DNA of 64,000 nt from Azolla caroliniana (GCA_043228905.1 JBHGNT010000001.1:25420001-25484000); one strand, 5' to 3'; shown: positions 1 to 11,957, numbered from the stretch's first letter. The notes: generated by a model from the letters alone, not told the origin. Made by a program: numbers and translations.

Positions 1-106
1 CCCTTCTTTTTGCAGAATACGCAAAAAGGCTGTTGTCGCTTACAATCGCGATCCATGAATTCGTTGGGTGTCTTGCGTTTCCCAACGAATTGTGACTGCT
101 TAGTCT

Positions 107-524
107 TGAAAAGAATAGCGTGCGAAAGCAAGTAGAAAACCGAAGACAGAAAAATGCGCAGGTTTAATGGAGAGCTTGAATATACGCAGTACACGGGAGA
201 GATAGAGAGAAAGAGAGAGAAGACACAACACTCTATTAAGAAAATAACAGTTCTCTATAATACTCTCTGTACATCATACGGACTGACAGAAGTACGATGT
301 ACTTCAATGCTCACACAAGCGTCTGACACAAACTATGAGACATTAACTACCTAGTAGTCTAGGCTGCTACTAGGCCTCCGGTTACTGATGGATCCGTCTA
401 ACCGGCTCCTGAGCTCACCGGCTCACTTGCTCACCGGCTCACAGATCTGGCTCATCCTTCCAGATGTCAATCCGGCTCAGGCTTATTCAGCCGATCCGGA
501 TCCGGTTGAGCTTGCCACTCAACA
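107..524 (-). repeat. Copia-A 3' LTR (418 bp)
   Basis: Homologous to 31832-32226 with substitutions and indels; adjacent to the PPT. Confidence 0.92.
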
Positions 525-713
525 CTCCCCCTCAAGCTCAACTTGAGGTCGTATCGTAGTGTTAGTCTCCATGGTAGTCGATCCTTCCGCCCGACTCCTT
601 CTAGTGTCACCCCGCCTTGCTCGCGCTCCTTGTCCGGTCTGGTTCCATTTTCCGCGACCCTTCTGTTTATGCGCACCTCGAACTCCTCAGTCGGCTTGTC
701 TGCTCAACAGGCC

Positions 714-1168
714 TATTAGAGATCTAGGTCCTAAAGTGAGCTTAAGATAAGGATAAAGTATTGATAGATATAAAGGAGAAAGAGAAAGAAGGATGCCAAT
801 CCACCCGACCACCCCCGAGCGAAGGGATCGAGACGGACTCGAGCCCCGATCGGCGTCCCATACCACCGCCGTGGCGTCGAGTCGTACCTGGTGCTAGCGC
901 ACTCGCTACAAGAGTTGACCCACCACAAGAGCAGAGTCTCGATGTAGTCAAAAGATGATCAAATGAGGGTAGCTAGGCCTCTTATTTGTAGCGATACCCA
1001 AGGCCCCCAGGCAAGTTCACACTTGACCTAATGGGTTGTCTCAATCCCGAGGATTAAAAGTAATCCTACCCTTCTTTACACTCTCGTTTAACCCTCACAC
1101 TTATCCACGTGTATAGAATACTACGGTAAATTCTCACCACGGGATATTAAATGGTCATGCTCGTAACA
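714..1168 (-). repeat. Gypsy-B 3' LTR (TG..TA termini)
   Basis: Direct repeat of 14390-14844; also homologous to the Gypsy-0 LTR starting at 33293. Confidence 0.95.
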
Positions 1169-4100
1169 TACTCCCCCTCTTTAAAACATTGCACTCTTGC
1201 AATGGAAAGTTAGGGAAATTAGTTCTGAGAGTATTTTCGCGTTCCCATGTGGCATCTTTTATTGATTTATCCATCCAGTTTATTTTAAATTCTCGGATTT
1301 CTTTAGTACGTAATTTTTTTGTTTTAACATCGAGAATTCTTTCTGGTACTTGTGGTTTAGAAGATAATTCTTCAGAAGTAACCAGAGTTTCAGTTGTCAC
1401 TGTATTGTCGCCAGAACCTAGAAGTTCTTTTAGACGACTCACATTGAAGACTGGATGAATTCCAACACCATCGGGAAGAGCAAGACGATAGGCTGATGAC
1501 CCAATGTGTTTGAGTACTGTAAAAGGTCCACAAAACCGTGGGGCTAACTTAGCGCACTTACCCTTAGACAATGTCTTAGAATTGTGAGGTACACGTAAAA
1601 ATACCTTTTGTCCAAGGTTGAATACACGAGGTTGCCTATGATGATCGACATAAAAACGCGCTCTATCTTGAGCTGTTTTTATATTATCTCGTGCAATATG
1701 CATCATATCTTGCATATCCCGAAGAAAGTTTTGCATACTTTGCAACTCATCATGATGTATATTAACATCAATCGGGGCTCATGGCTGAAAACCATACATC
1801 AACATAAAAGGACTATATCCCGTCAACGTATGCTTGGAGCTGTTATAAGCAAACTCCAAAATTGGGAGATAACGTTCCCATTTTGTTGGTTTTGCACCAA
1901 CGTATGCTCAAAGCATGTCCTCAATAATTTGATTTACTCGTTCTGTCTGTCCATCGGATTGAGGATGATCCGTGGAGCTCATGCTCAATGTAGTTTCTAA
2001 CTTCTTAAAGACTTGCGTCCAGAAGTCACTAGTAAATTTTGGATCTCGATCACTCACGATATCCATCGGTAACCCATAAAAACGAAATAACTCGTCAACG
2101 AATTGGTAAGCCAATTCAGGAGCTGTTACCGTGGTTTTAGTAGCAATAAATATAGCCATTTTAGTTAGTTTATCAACCACAACCTAGATGGCATCATGAC
2201 CTTTTTGGGTGTGAGGAAGGCTAACAATAAAATCCATGGATATACTTTCCCACTTATTATTGGGAATGTCCAAGGGATGTAAAAGGTCTGCGGCTTTAAG
2301 TCGCTCGGCTTTGTTAACCTGACACTGGTGACATTTAGTCACATAGCTATGTATGTCAGGATGCATCTTAAGCCAATAAAATTGAGTGGAGATGAGAACG
2401 AGTGTACGATGTATTCCAGGGTGCCCTGTTGAGGTTGCATCATGGCATTAAAAAATAATCCTCTTTTTGACCTCGGGTAAATCTGGAACACAAACCTTCC
2501 CATTACGGTAGAGCAAACCGTTAGCAATGTGGAAGTATTCCTTCGAGGATGTGATGGTGTCTGTTCCAGACTCAACTCTTGTCCAATATTTTCGCAAAAT
2601 AACTGTCATCAAGATACTTTCCTCGAAGGTGATCATAAAGATCCGATGTTATTTCAGTGAAGCTAAGCATGTTAACTTCACGGATGCGACTTAGTGCATC
2701 AGCGACAGTATTCATTGAACCTTTACGATATCGTATGGAAAAATCAAAGTCCTGGATGAGATCAGCCCATCGTGCCTTACGACCTTTCAGGTCTTGTTGG
2801 TCACAAAAATATTTTAAGGACTCGTGGTTTGTAGTTACCACAAAGCGATTTCCATAAAGATAATGGCGCCATGTTTTGAGCGCATGTATAACTGCAAATA
2901 ATTCCTTTTCTTGAACGGTATACCGACATTGAGCAGAATCAAGTTTCTTACTCTCGAATGCTATTGGTTTACCATCTTGATACAAGACAGCACGTATAGC
3001 ATAATCGCTGGCATCTGTTTCAACCTCAAAAAGTTTTGAAGGATCAGGTAAAAGAAGTGAAGGAGCCTTGCAAACCAAGTCCTTGAGTTCCTTAAGGGCG
3101 TGGTCTAGTGTAGCATTCCACACAATAGGTTTTGTAGACTTACACGTTTGACCTTTTAAAAGATCAGTAAATGGCGTCGTCAATTGGGAGTAATTATGAA
3201 GAGACTTTCGGAGAAACCCGACAAAACCAAGGAATGATCGAACTTCTCGAATATTTCGAAGAGTGGGCCAAAGCTTGATTTTCTCAATGCGAGAAGGATC
3301 AATTTCAACTCCTCGTTCGGTTATGAGATGTCCAAGATAAGTAATTGATTTCTTGAGGAACTCACATTTTGAGATCTTCGCATAAAACTGTTTGTCACGC
3401 AATGTTTGTAAAACAAAGCGGACATGTCTAACATGTTCTTTTAATGTACGGCTATAAACTAAAATATCATCCAAGAAAATAACGACAAATTTTCCAAGCT
3501 GTTCTCGGAAAATGTCATTCATTTCTTGTTGAAAAGTAGCCGGAGCATTGGTCAAACCAAAAGGCATAACCAAAAACTCGTAATGGCCATAGCGCGTACG
3601 AAATGCCGTTTTAGGAACATCGTCCTCACTTATTCGTATTTGATGGTAGCCAATATGGAGATCAAGTTTCGTAAAATACCGAGCTCCCTGGAGACGGTCA
3701 ATTAGATTGTCAGCTCGGGCAATGGGTACGAATTCTTGATCGTCACTTTATTCAAGCGAAGGTAATTAATACACATACGCCATGTGCCCTCTTTCTTTTT
3801 TACCAAGAGAACTAGTGCACCCCATGGAGATTTACTATAACGTATATAACCCATTCGTAAATAGTCCTTGAGTTTCTTAGATACCTCATCTTCTTCGGAT
3901 CGACTTAAGCGATACGTAGGTATACTTATTGGTGCAACAACAGGTACAATATCTATACGATGGTCTATATTACGTTTAGGAGGTAACCCATCAGGTAGTT
4001 CACTTGGAAAAACATCATGAAAATCATTTAAGATTTCATCAAGTTGTTGTTCAAAATATGTTAATTGAACCAAGACATTATTGATATTATAAACGTGAAT

Positions 4101-4875
4101 GTCCGGATCAAGTACACAATAAAATAGAGTAGAACAAGACAACTCAGATATTGATGGACACGAGGAAACAATCGAGAAGGATTGTTTTTTTACACATTGA
4201 ATAAAATGAGTACAATCGTTCAGTACAAACGTAATTGAATGATGAACCCAATATATAGATAAAGAAGAGTTTTTATTATAAAACCAGGGATAACCCAGTA
4301 TTACATCAGTGGTACAAAGATTCATTACATGGAAGTCTATTTCCTCTATATAAGTATCAATAGAAATTCCTAATGAATGAATCGCCCCGTTGATGTATTG
4401 TACTCTTCCATCAGCCAAGTGCACCGTGTAGGTGTGATCACTTACGATGGGTTGGATTCCCCATATCTGAACCAAACGATCATTGACAAAATTGTGTGAG
4501 CTTCCCGAATCAAATAAAAATTGTACGGGAGATCCATTGATATACCCGTTTGCACGTAGTAAATCATTGGGACCCAATACATAGTGAGGGAAAGAACATT
4601 GACAATTACTTAAATGATGTGTATAGACTTGAAGGACATTAGGAATCTAACCTTTATGGTCTGCAGCTTTAGCTTTGTTGTCGTGCTCTTTCCGTTGGAG
4701 CTTTCGACATTGATCTTTTGTATGACCCTTCTTTTTGCAGAATACGCAAAAAGGATGTTGTCGCTTACAATCGCGATCCAGGAATTCGTTGGGTGTCTTG
4801 CGTTTCCCAACAAATTGCGACTGCTTAGTCCCGGGCGCTTCGTTGGGTTTGTTGTGGTTGTTCTTCGAAGTGCGT
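1155..4875 (-). pseudogene. Gypsy-B gag C-terminus and pol (PR, RT, RNase H, integrase, chromodomain) with stops and frameshifts
   Basis: CCHC knuckle CVFCKKKGHTKDQC; [13 protein letters not shown]; RT MPFGLTNAPATFQ and FLDD; RH ETDASD; IN SDRDPKFTSDFW and GQTERVN; GPF motif; chromodomain PERILD..EFKINW..DATWE. Confidence 0.93.
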
Positions 4876-5579
4876 TGTCGTAGTGTATTCCACACACTAC
4901 GTGAAAACCATAAAATAATATATCCGATTTTAGATACATATAAATAAATAAATAATATATCAAAAGAATTTACCACGTGCATAGGGCAAGATTTGAACCA
5001 TGCACCTCCACATAGATAAACCCCAACTTTACCATTGCAATAAATTATCTTTAGTGTTATAAATATAGATTTAATACATATAAGACCTTTATTTACACAT
5101 ACCTTTATTAAAAGGTAAAAATCATGTATTCTTTAGAGTGTGAATATTTTATTTACATGTGCCATTAAAAGTGACTCATGCACGTCCAGCGTGCATGAGC
5201 CCTATATTTAGGAAATGACGAAGCATCACATGCACATTTAGTGTGCATGGACACTTTAGGTGAAAAAGCATGAAGCCATGCTTAGCCTCTTCCATCTTTA
5301 TATAAGGAGGAGAGAAATATGTATAAGGTTGTTGATTAATATAGAAGAATTGATCAATCTAATAGATTCGTGGGATTCACGAATTTTGCCATCTAATTGC
5401 TCTAATAATCTAAATATTGTTTTAATTACACTAAACTCGTGGGATTCACGAGGTTGCTATCTTACTTCTCTTTCCACTATTCATAACTAGCCTTAAGTTG
5501 TATTCCTCTTCCTCCTAGTCAAAAACCTCGGCGGTTCCCACCCGACTCACGCAACGATCCGAAGCCAAAGGGCACGACA
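4876..5579 (+). repeat. Gypsy-C 5' LTR (704 bp)
   Basis: TG..CA ends, followed by the PBS; homologous to 11958-12121 and, inverted, to 6542-7265. Confidence 0.92.
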
Positions 5580-5583
5580 CAGT

Positions 5584-5601
5584 TGGTGAACCCGACGTGA
5601 A
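5584..5601 (+). promoter_or_regulatory. Primer-binding site complementary to the tRNA-Trp 3' end
   Basis: TGGTGAACCCGACGTGAA is the reverse complement of TTCACGTCGGGTTCACCA, the 3' end of plant cytosolic tRNA-Trp as I recall it; identical 18-mer in Gypsy-F. Confidence 0.85.
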
Positions 5602-5617
5602 GACGGGTGACAAGGAG

Positions 5618-8388
5618 ATGGAAAATCAACCGGAGGCTAGCAACATGATGATGATGTTCGAGCGCATGCTACAAGAACAACGCGCGATGTCGGAGATAGC
5701 GGCATCAGTGGAGCGGCTCGTGCAACGAAACGGGCAATTCAACGGGAAAGACGTGTCGCGGTATCTTCAGGACTACAAGGCGGAGATGCTACGGTGCAGA
5801 ATATCGGAAGGACTGCAAGTGACGTCCTTCAACCGGGTGGCGACCGACGGGCTTCAAGCAAGCATCCATGGGCTACGACAGCAAAATCCGACATGGGAGG
5901 CGTTTGAAGTAGAGCTAAAGAGGACGTTCGCCATCGAGGATTCGTCCAAGGCGACGCGAAGGGGATTTGAAGATTGGGTGGAGACGCCGGACAAGGGATT
6001 GAAGGTCGTTGATGTGTTTTCGGCATTCGAAAGCCGGTTCGGGAGGTTGTCCGCGAGAGATCAAGCTATCCTCGTACCGGACAAGGTGATCATGTTCTTG
6101 CGAGCCGTGGACGTCCGGGACCGGAAAGATCTCGGAGTGCTCTTGGAGGACACGACCACGGAGAGTGGCCTCACCGAAACATGGGAAAGCGTGCGGGATA
6201 TCGTCGCGCGATACACGAAGAGGGGGCAATGGCTTGCCGACGAGGAAAAGAGGGTTTCGGAACCGATTCCGAAACCGAGAACCGGATTGGAAGACCATCA
6301 ACTGAGGGCTCGAGAGACTACAACCGAGAAGGGGATTGATGCATCTACGGTGGAGCAACTATTGAAGGAGATGGAGAATCTGAAGATCGCGATGGTGAAG
6401 AAGTCGGATGACCGCCCCACAAGCTCCAAGTATACGGACCGACGGTGCATATGGTGCGATAGCGCCGAACACGATCGGAGGGATTGCGACGAGCACAAGG
6501 AGGCGCTACGGCGGGATCTCATCTACTACGAGGGAAACCTGTGTCGTGCCTTTCAGCTCCGGATCGTTTGCGTGAGTCGGGTGGGAACCACCGGGGTTTT
6601 GGACTAGGAGAAAAGAAAAATACAAATAAGGCTAGTAAAGAATAGGTATAAAGAGTTATAAGATAAGAATCTTGTGAATCCCACGAGTTTAGTATATTTA
6701 GTCAATATTTAGGTAGTAAGAGAGAATTATTTTAGCAAATTCGTGAATCCCACGAATATTTTAGATTGATTGATCATTATAGAAAAATAATCAACAAAAA
6801 CTACAATGTGCTCCCCATCCTTATATAGTGATGGGAGAGACTAAGCATAGCTACATGCTTTTTCTAATATGTTCATGCACACTAAATGTGCATGTGATGC
6901 TTTTCTAATCCTTGCTTTTATTTGCTAAATATAGTGCTCATGCACGCTAGATGTGCACGAGTCACTTTTTAGTTGCTTGCGTTTTTTTCTATAAAATATT
7001 CACACACTCTAAAAATGCACGATTTACCTTTTAATAAAGGTAGGCGCAAATAAAGCACTTATAGTTATTAAATCTATTTATAGAACACTAAAGATAAGGT
7101 AGCATAATGGTAAAGTTGAAGTTTGGCTACGTGGAGGTACAAGGTTTGAATCTTGCCCTATGCACGTGATAAATATCTTGATATATTATTTTATTTATTT
7201 ATATGTAATTAAATCGGTTATATTATTTTTACTTTTTCACGTAGTGTACGAAATACACTACGACACCGGATTCATTCGATGGACTCTCGGAAGCCACTCC
7301 GACCGAACTTCCGGAAAGGCGGCATGAAGAAGGTGCTCGAGGAGGAATTGGCGGCAAGAAGCAACTATGCGACAACCGCGGGAATATGTGTCGGGGAGTC
7401 ATCGAGAGCAAAGACGTCTTTTTGGCCGGAAGTTCTAGAAAACACCGAGAAAACCGACTCTAACGAGATCCGAAGCACCGCGGAGGGCGTCCGGGAAGCT
7501 ATGGGATGGGAGTGCCCTATCGACAAGAATAGCGTATACGCCCTATGTCAATTGCATAAGGTGTATGTGGACGAGAAACGACGACGCACGGAGGATGCGG
7601 CCGGGCCATCAAAGATACCGGAAAGCTGGAACTCCGGAGGTAAGGGAAAAGAAAAGGCGACTCCGGCATTCAAGCTCGCCTCGGACATAGAACAACAAAC
7701 CGACTTGAAAAGAGTGTTCGAGGAAAGAATCTTGGATAGCCGGGTAGATTTCTCGCTTCGGGAGCTACTCGGAATAGCAAAGAAGGAGTTCCACGATCTT
7801 CTTGTGGATCTCGTGAAGCGAAAAAGACAAAGTACGGAGGAAAATGCTCCAAGGGTGAATGCGAACACCGTTTTAATGAACGACACCGAAGTGGAGGACG
7901 AAATTCCGAACTCCCACTATACAAGGCCACATTGGGCACGCGCGACTACGGAGACTCCGGTCCGAATCGGCAACATCAAAGAACCCGTGCTAGCATTGAT
8001 TGATCACGGATCGGAGATCAACTTGATGTCCAAGGAGTTCTACCGGAAGGGGAAGTGGCCTATTAACACCAACCATGGATGGAAGATTCGGGCGGCCACC
8101 AAAGCAACGGAAGATCTATTTGCGGCTTGTCCGGATGTGACGGTGAAGATCGGGGATGTCGAGATCGACTAAAATTTCTTCGTGCAAGATGAGGTTTCAC
8201 ATTCCGTCATCCTCGGCCAACCCTTTATCACGGCATCACGGATGGAGACGAAGGTGCTCGATAGCGGTGTGGCTTTTGCACGAATTCGGAGCCAAAACGG
8301 TGGGAAATCCGTCCAATTTCTAACGGTGCCGGCAAATCACGAAAGGAACAAGAGGGAACTCTTGTCCCAAGTGAGAATGGATTTTTAG
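5618..8388 (+). pseudogene. Gypsy-C gag-protease ORF, split by a solo LTR and one nonsense codon (8170-8172)
   Basis: Removing 6542-7265 plus one TSD copy restores ..LIYYEGNRIHSMDSRKP..; CCHC CIWCDSAEHDRRDC; protease ALIDHGSEINLM; colinear with Gypsy-F 24332-26458. Confidence 0.9.
6542..7265 (-). mobile_element. Solo LTR of a Gypsy-C-related subfamily, inverted inside Gypsy-C gag
   Basis: 724 bp, TGTCG..CGACA; reverse complement aligns with 4876-5579; flanks CCTG/CCGG (4-bp TSD, one mismatch); no PBS or PPT. Confidence 0.9.
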
Positions 8389-11300
8389 AGCGGACTGTTG
8401 CGGAGTGGGGAAGTGATAGTCCGAGAAGCCCTGATACCCCACACAGGAAGAAAACTCTCGGAGCAAAACATGTACGAATCGGTCCGGATGGGGCATCTAC
8501 GTACACGACCGTAACCGGAGGATTGAAGAAAGGATACCGACAAGTGGAGGATAAGTTGCGGTCGGCATCAATAATAAAAGAAGATGAAGAAATCATGGGG
8601 ATAGTCGAAGAAGTGTTCTATGAGAGCATGCTACAACGACTTGAAGAGCTTGCGGAAGATAAAAGCCAAGGGAACCGGGTAGTCCCGGTGGAATCGGTCG
8701 AGATGTACGAGATCATTGCGAAAATGGAGCCAGATACGCTCCGCAAAGAAGAAGCAATGGTAAGTACGAAATACAAGACCGTGGAGAAGAAGGTAAAACC
8801 GGCCGCGGGACCACTACCCGCCGATAGCGAACAAAAGAGGAAAGAAGTCTCGGGAGATCCGACACTTCGGAAGACCGTGGATATTGGACATGCCTTCACG
8901 GATGAGACCCGGAAGAAACTTCGGATCGGTGGAGGTGGGTTCCTATTACAAAAAGAAGAAGAACGGTTTCGCGAGATGTTGGAGCAATACGGCAAAGCGT
9001 TTGCATTTACATCAAGGGAGATAGGGTGCGTCGATCCGAGAATAGTGGAGCCGATGGTGATCTTCACGATTGACCATGTACCGTGGAACCTGAAGCCAAT
9101 TCCGGTGCCACGAGCGCATATTCCGAAAGTCATTGACTTGCTCAAGGAGAAGGTGGCGATGGGGATTCTAGAGCCATCAACTGCTCTGTACTCAAATCGA
9201 TGGTTTACGGTTCCGAAGAAGAATGGGTCACTCCGATTTATCCAAGACTTGCAACCGGTGAATAAGGTCACGATCCGGAACTCGGGAGTCGGTCCGATAG
9301 TGGACGAATTTGCGGAAGCTTTTGCCGGTCGTGCGATATACTCCATCGGAGACCTATACTCGGGGTATGACCAATTCCAACTAGCCGTGGAGAGCCGAGA
9401 CATCACAACCATGCGAACACCGATAGGATTAGTCCGAATGTGCACACTACCACAAGGAGCGACAAACTCGGTTGCTCATATGATGAACACGATGAACAAG
9501 GTGCTTCGAGACTGCATTCCGGAGATAACGATGCCGTTCCTCGATGACATTCCGATGAAAGGATGCGCGGTAGAAGAAAAAGATGAGACTATGGATGATC
9601 GGGGATGCCGAAAGTTCGTGGTCGACCATATTCATGATTGCGAGAAAGTGTTGCGAAAGCTAGAAGATGTGCACCTAACACTTTCCGGGGAGAAATCGGC
9701 ATTTGGGCAAGAAGAAATATTGGTGGTCGGACATCTATGTGGGCCCTACGGTCGAAGACCGTCACCAACAAAGATCGATGCGATTCAAGCTATGGAGGAA
9801 GTATGCGAGTCAACATCCGAAGTCCGAAGGTTTCTCGGTGCATGTGCATTCTATCACATATGGATTCCGCACTATGCACATATAGCGGATCCGCTCTACC
9901 ACTTGTTGCGGAAAGGTAAGAAATTCGAATCGAAACCAGAACACACCAAAGCCATGAAGAAATTGAAGAAGACACTTCGGAGGGCGGAAGCACTTAAGAA
10001 GCCGAGCTATGACCGACCGATCATAGTAACGGTTGATACAAGTCCAACCGGTATCGGGTGGGTCATCAATCAAGCCGACTCGGATGGTTCGCGGTATCCG
10101 ATCCGATTCGGAGCAAAGGTTCTCAACGAAAGGCAACGTGGATATGCGCAAGTCAAAAGAGAACTGTGGGGAGTCGTGTCGGCGATAAAATCGGATCGGG
10201 ATTATTTGATCGGAGCCGAAGTGGTGATCGAGACGGATTGTCTTCCGATACTCGGGATGATGCGGTGTTGTACGATACCGGATGTAGCTATGCTAAGGTG
10301 GGTTGCATATGTCAAGTCGCTTAATCCGGAGGTTCGACACATCTCGGGGAAGGACAACGCGGTAGCGGATATGTTATCAAGGGCTCGGTTCGGAGACGAC
10401 ATAACCGAATCGGATAATGAAGAAGTTTCCGAAGACTACTTCGCGTCGGAGCACATATGCCGAGTAAACGTAATCCGGGAATTCCGGGAAGAAGAATACG
10501 AGGGAGAAAGCTTGATGATCGGGAAGATGTTACAAGAGGCCGAGGATTCAACAAACGATAAAGGAAGAAGAGCCGAGATCCGAAGGAAGAAGAGACAAGT
10601 CCAAAAGTTCTTCTTGGAAAACGGATTAATATGGAGGGCGCCGAAAAGACCGGATGGTATACCACTTCGAGTAGTCGGGACAAAAGAGCAACGAAACCGG
10701 ATAATGTCCGAGCAACGAAACCGGAACATGGGCAACATTTGTGAAGATCAAGCAAAAATATTGGTGGAAGAAAATGTACAAAGATGTCGCGGAGTTCACG
10801 GAAAGCTGCGATAAATGTCAAGTCTACTCCAGGGTTCGACATCGAGATGAGTTACATCCGACATTCTCACCGACAATCAACTTCAAGTGGATGGTTGACA
10901 TAGTGGCCATGCCGACCGGGATCGGACAAAAGAAATACTTGGTATTAGCTCGGGAAGATCTCACGAATCAAGTAGAAGGTCGAGCGCTTCAGAGGAAAAC
11001 GTGTTCCGCGGTATGCCAATTTCTTTTGGAGGAAGTATTTTGTAGGTATGGGTGCGTAGGACAAGTGATTGCGGACCGGGGAGAACTCGACTCGGACAAA
11101 GCTAGGGGATTCTTCGCCAAACACGGAGTTCGGTTATCGCTGACAACGGCATACAATCCGGAGGCCAACGGGAAAATCGAACGAGGACATAGTCCGATCG
11201 TGAAAGCACTTGCAAAGGCATGCGATGGAAAGGTGAAGGACTGGCCGCAGATGCTTCCGTATGCACTATGGGCGGATCGGACGACGCATAGCTCCATAAC

Positions 11301-11957
11301 CGGTTACATGCCGGCAGAACTCATGACCGGACAAGCACCGGTAATGCCGACGGAAACCGCGATCGCAACATGGACAGTGCTACCGTGGAAGGAAGAGATG
11401 AGCCGGGAAGAACTACTAGCGGTCCGGATACGACAACTAGAGGGAAGACCGGCATACATAGCGGAAGCAATACGCCGACAACAAGAAGCACGATTAAGGA
11501 ACAAAAGCCGGTTCGACACAAAGCACTGACTACGACCGAGGAGGATTGAAGAAGGAGATTGGGTGATCGTCTATGACAGTAGTTTGGACCATCAACATAC
11601 AACGATGCGGAAATTTGCGAAAAGGTGGTTCGGGCCATACGAGGTTCGGAAAGTCTTCGACAACGGAACGTACCGACTGTCCGAGTTGGATGGAACAATA
11701 CTACGAGTGCCTATAGCCGGGAAGCGGGTGAAGATTTTCAAGAAGCGGACCGACGACAAACCCTATGTGATCCAAGCCAAGGCCGACAACGAGGAGCAAT
11801 CGGACGAAGACCACGGTGATGCGGGAAGCGAAGAAAGTGAATTACAACTCATAGTCGACATAAGGGGAGAATCGGAGGAAGCTTTGGGTGAAGACGGATA
11901 TGGGGGATCGAGATCTTCGGCACATACCGGAGGATGTGCGGGTTCGGAGGGGGCGAA
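8385..11957 (+). pseudogene. Gypsy-C pol (RT, RNase H, integrase) in the -1 frame relative to gag-PR; frameshifting deletion near 10710 and stop at 11527-11529
   Basis: RT LPQGATNS and PFLDD; RH VDTSPTGIG; IN ADRGE, NGKIERGH, WFGPY; highly similar to Gypsy-F pol. Confidence 0.92.

Noticed and set aside
4647-4649. Programmed stop readthrough between Gypsy-B gag and protease
   Set aside because: The in-frame TAG lacks a readthrough context, and the element has many other nonsense mutations; CAG-to-TAG decay is simpler.
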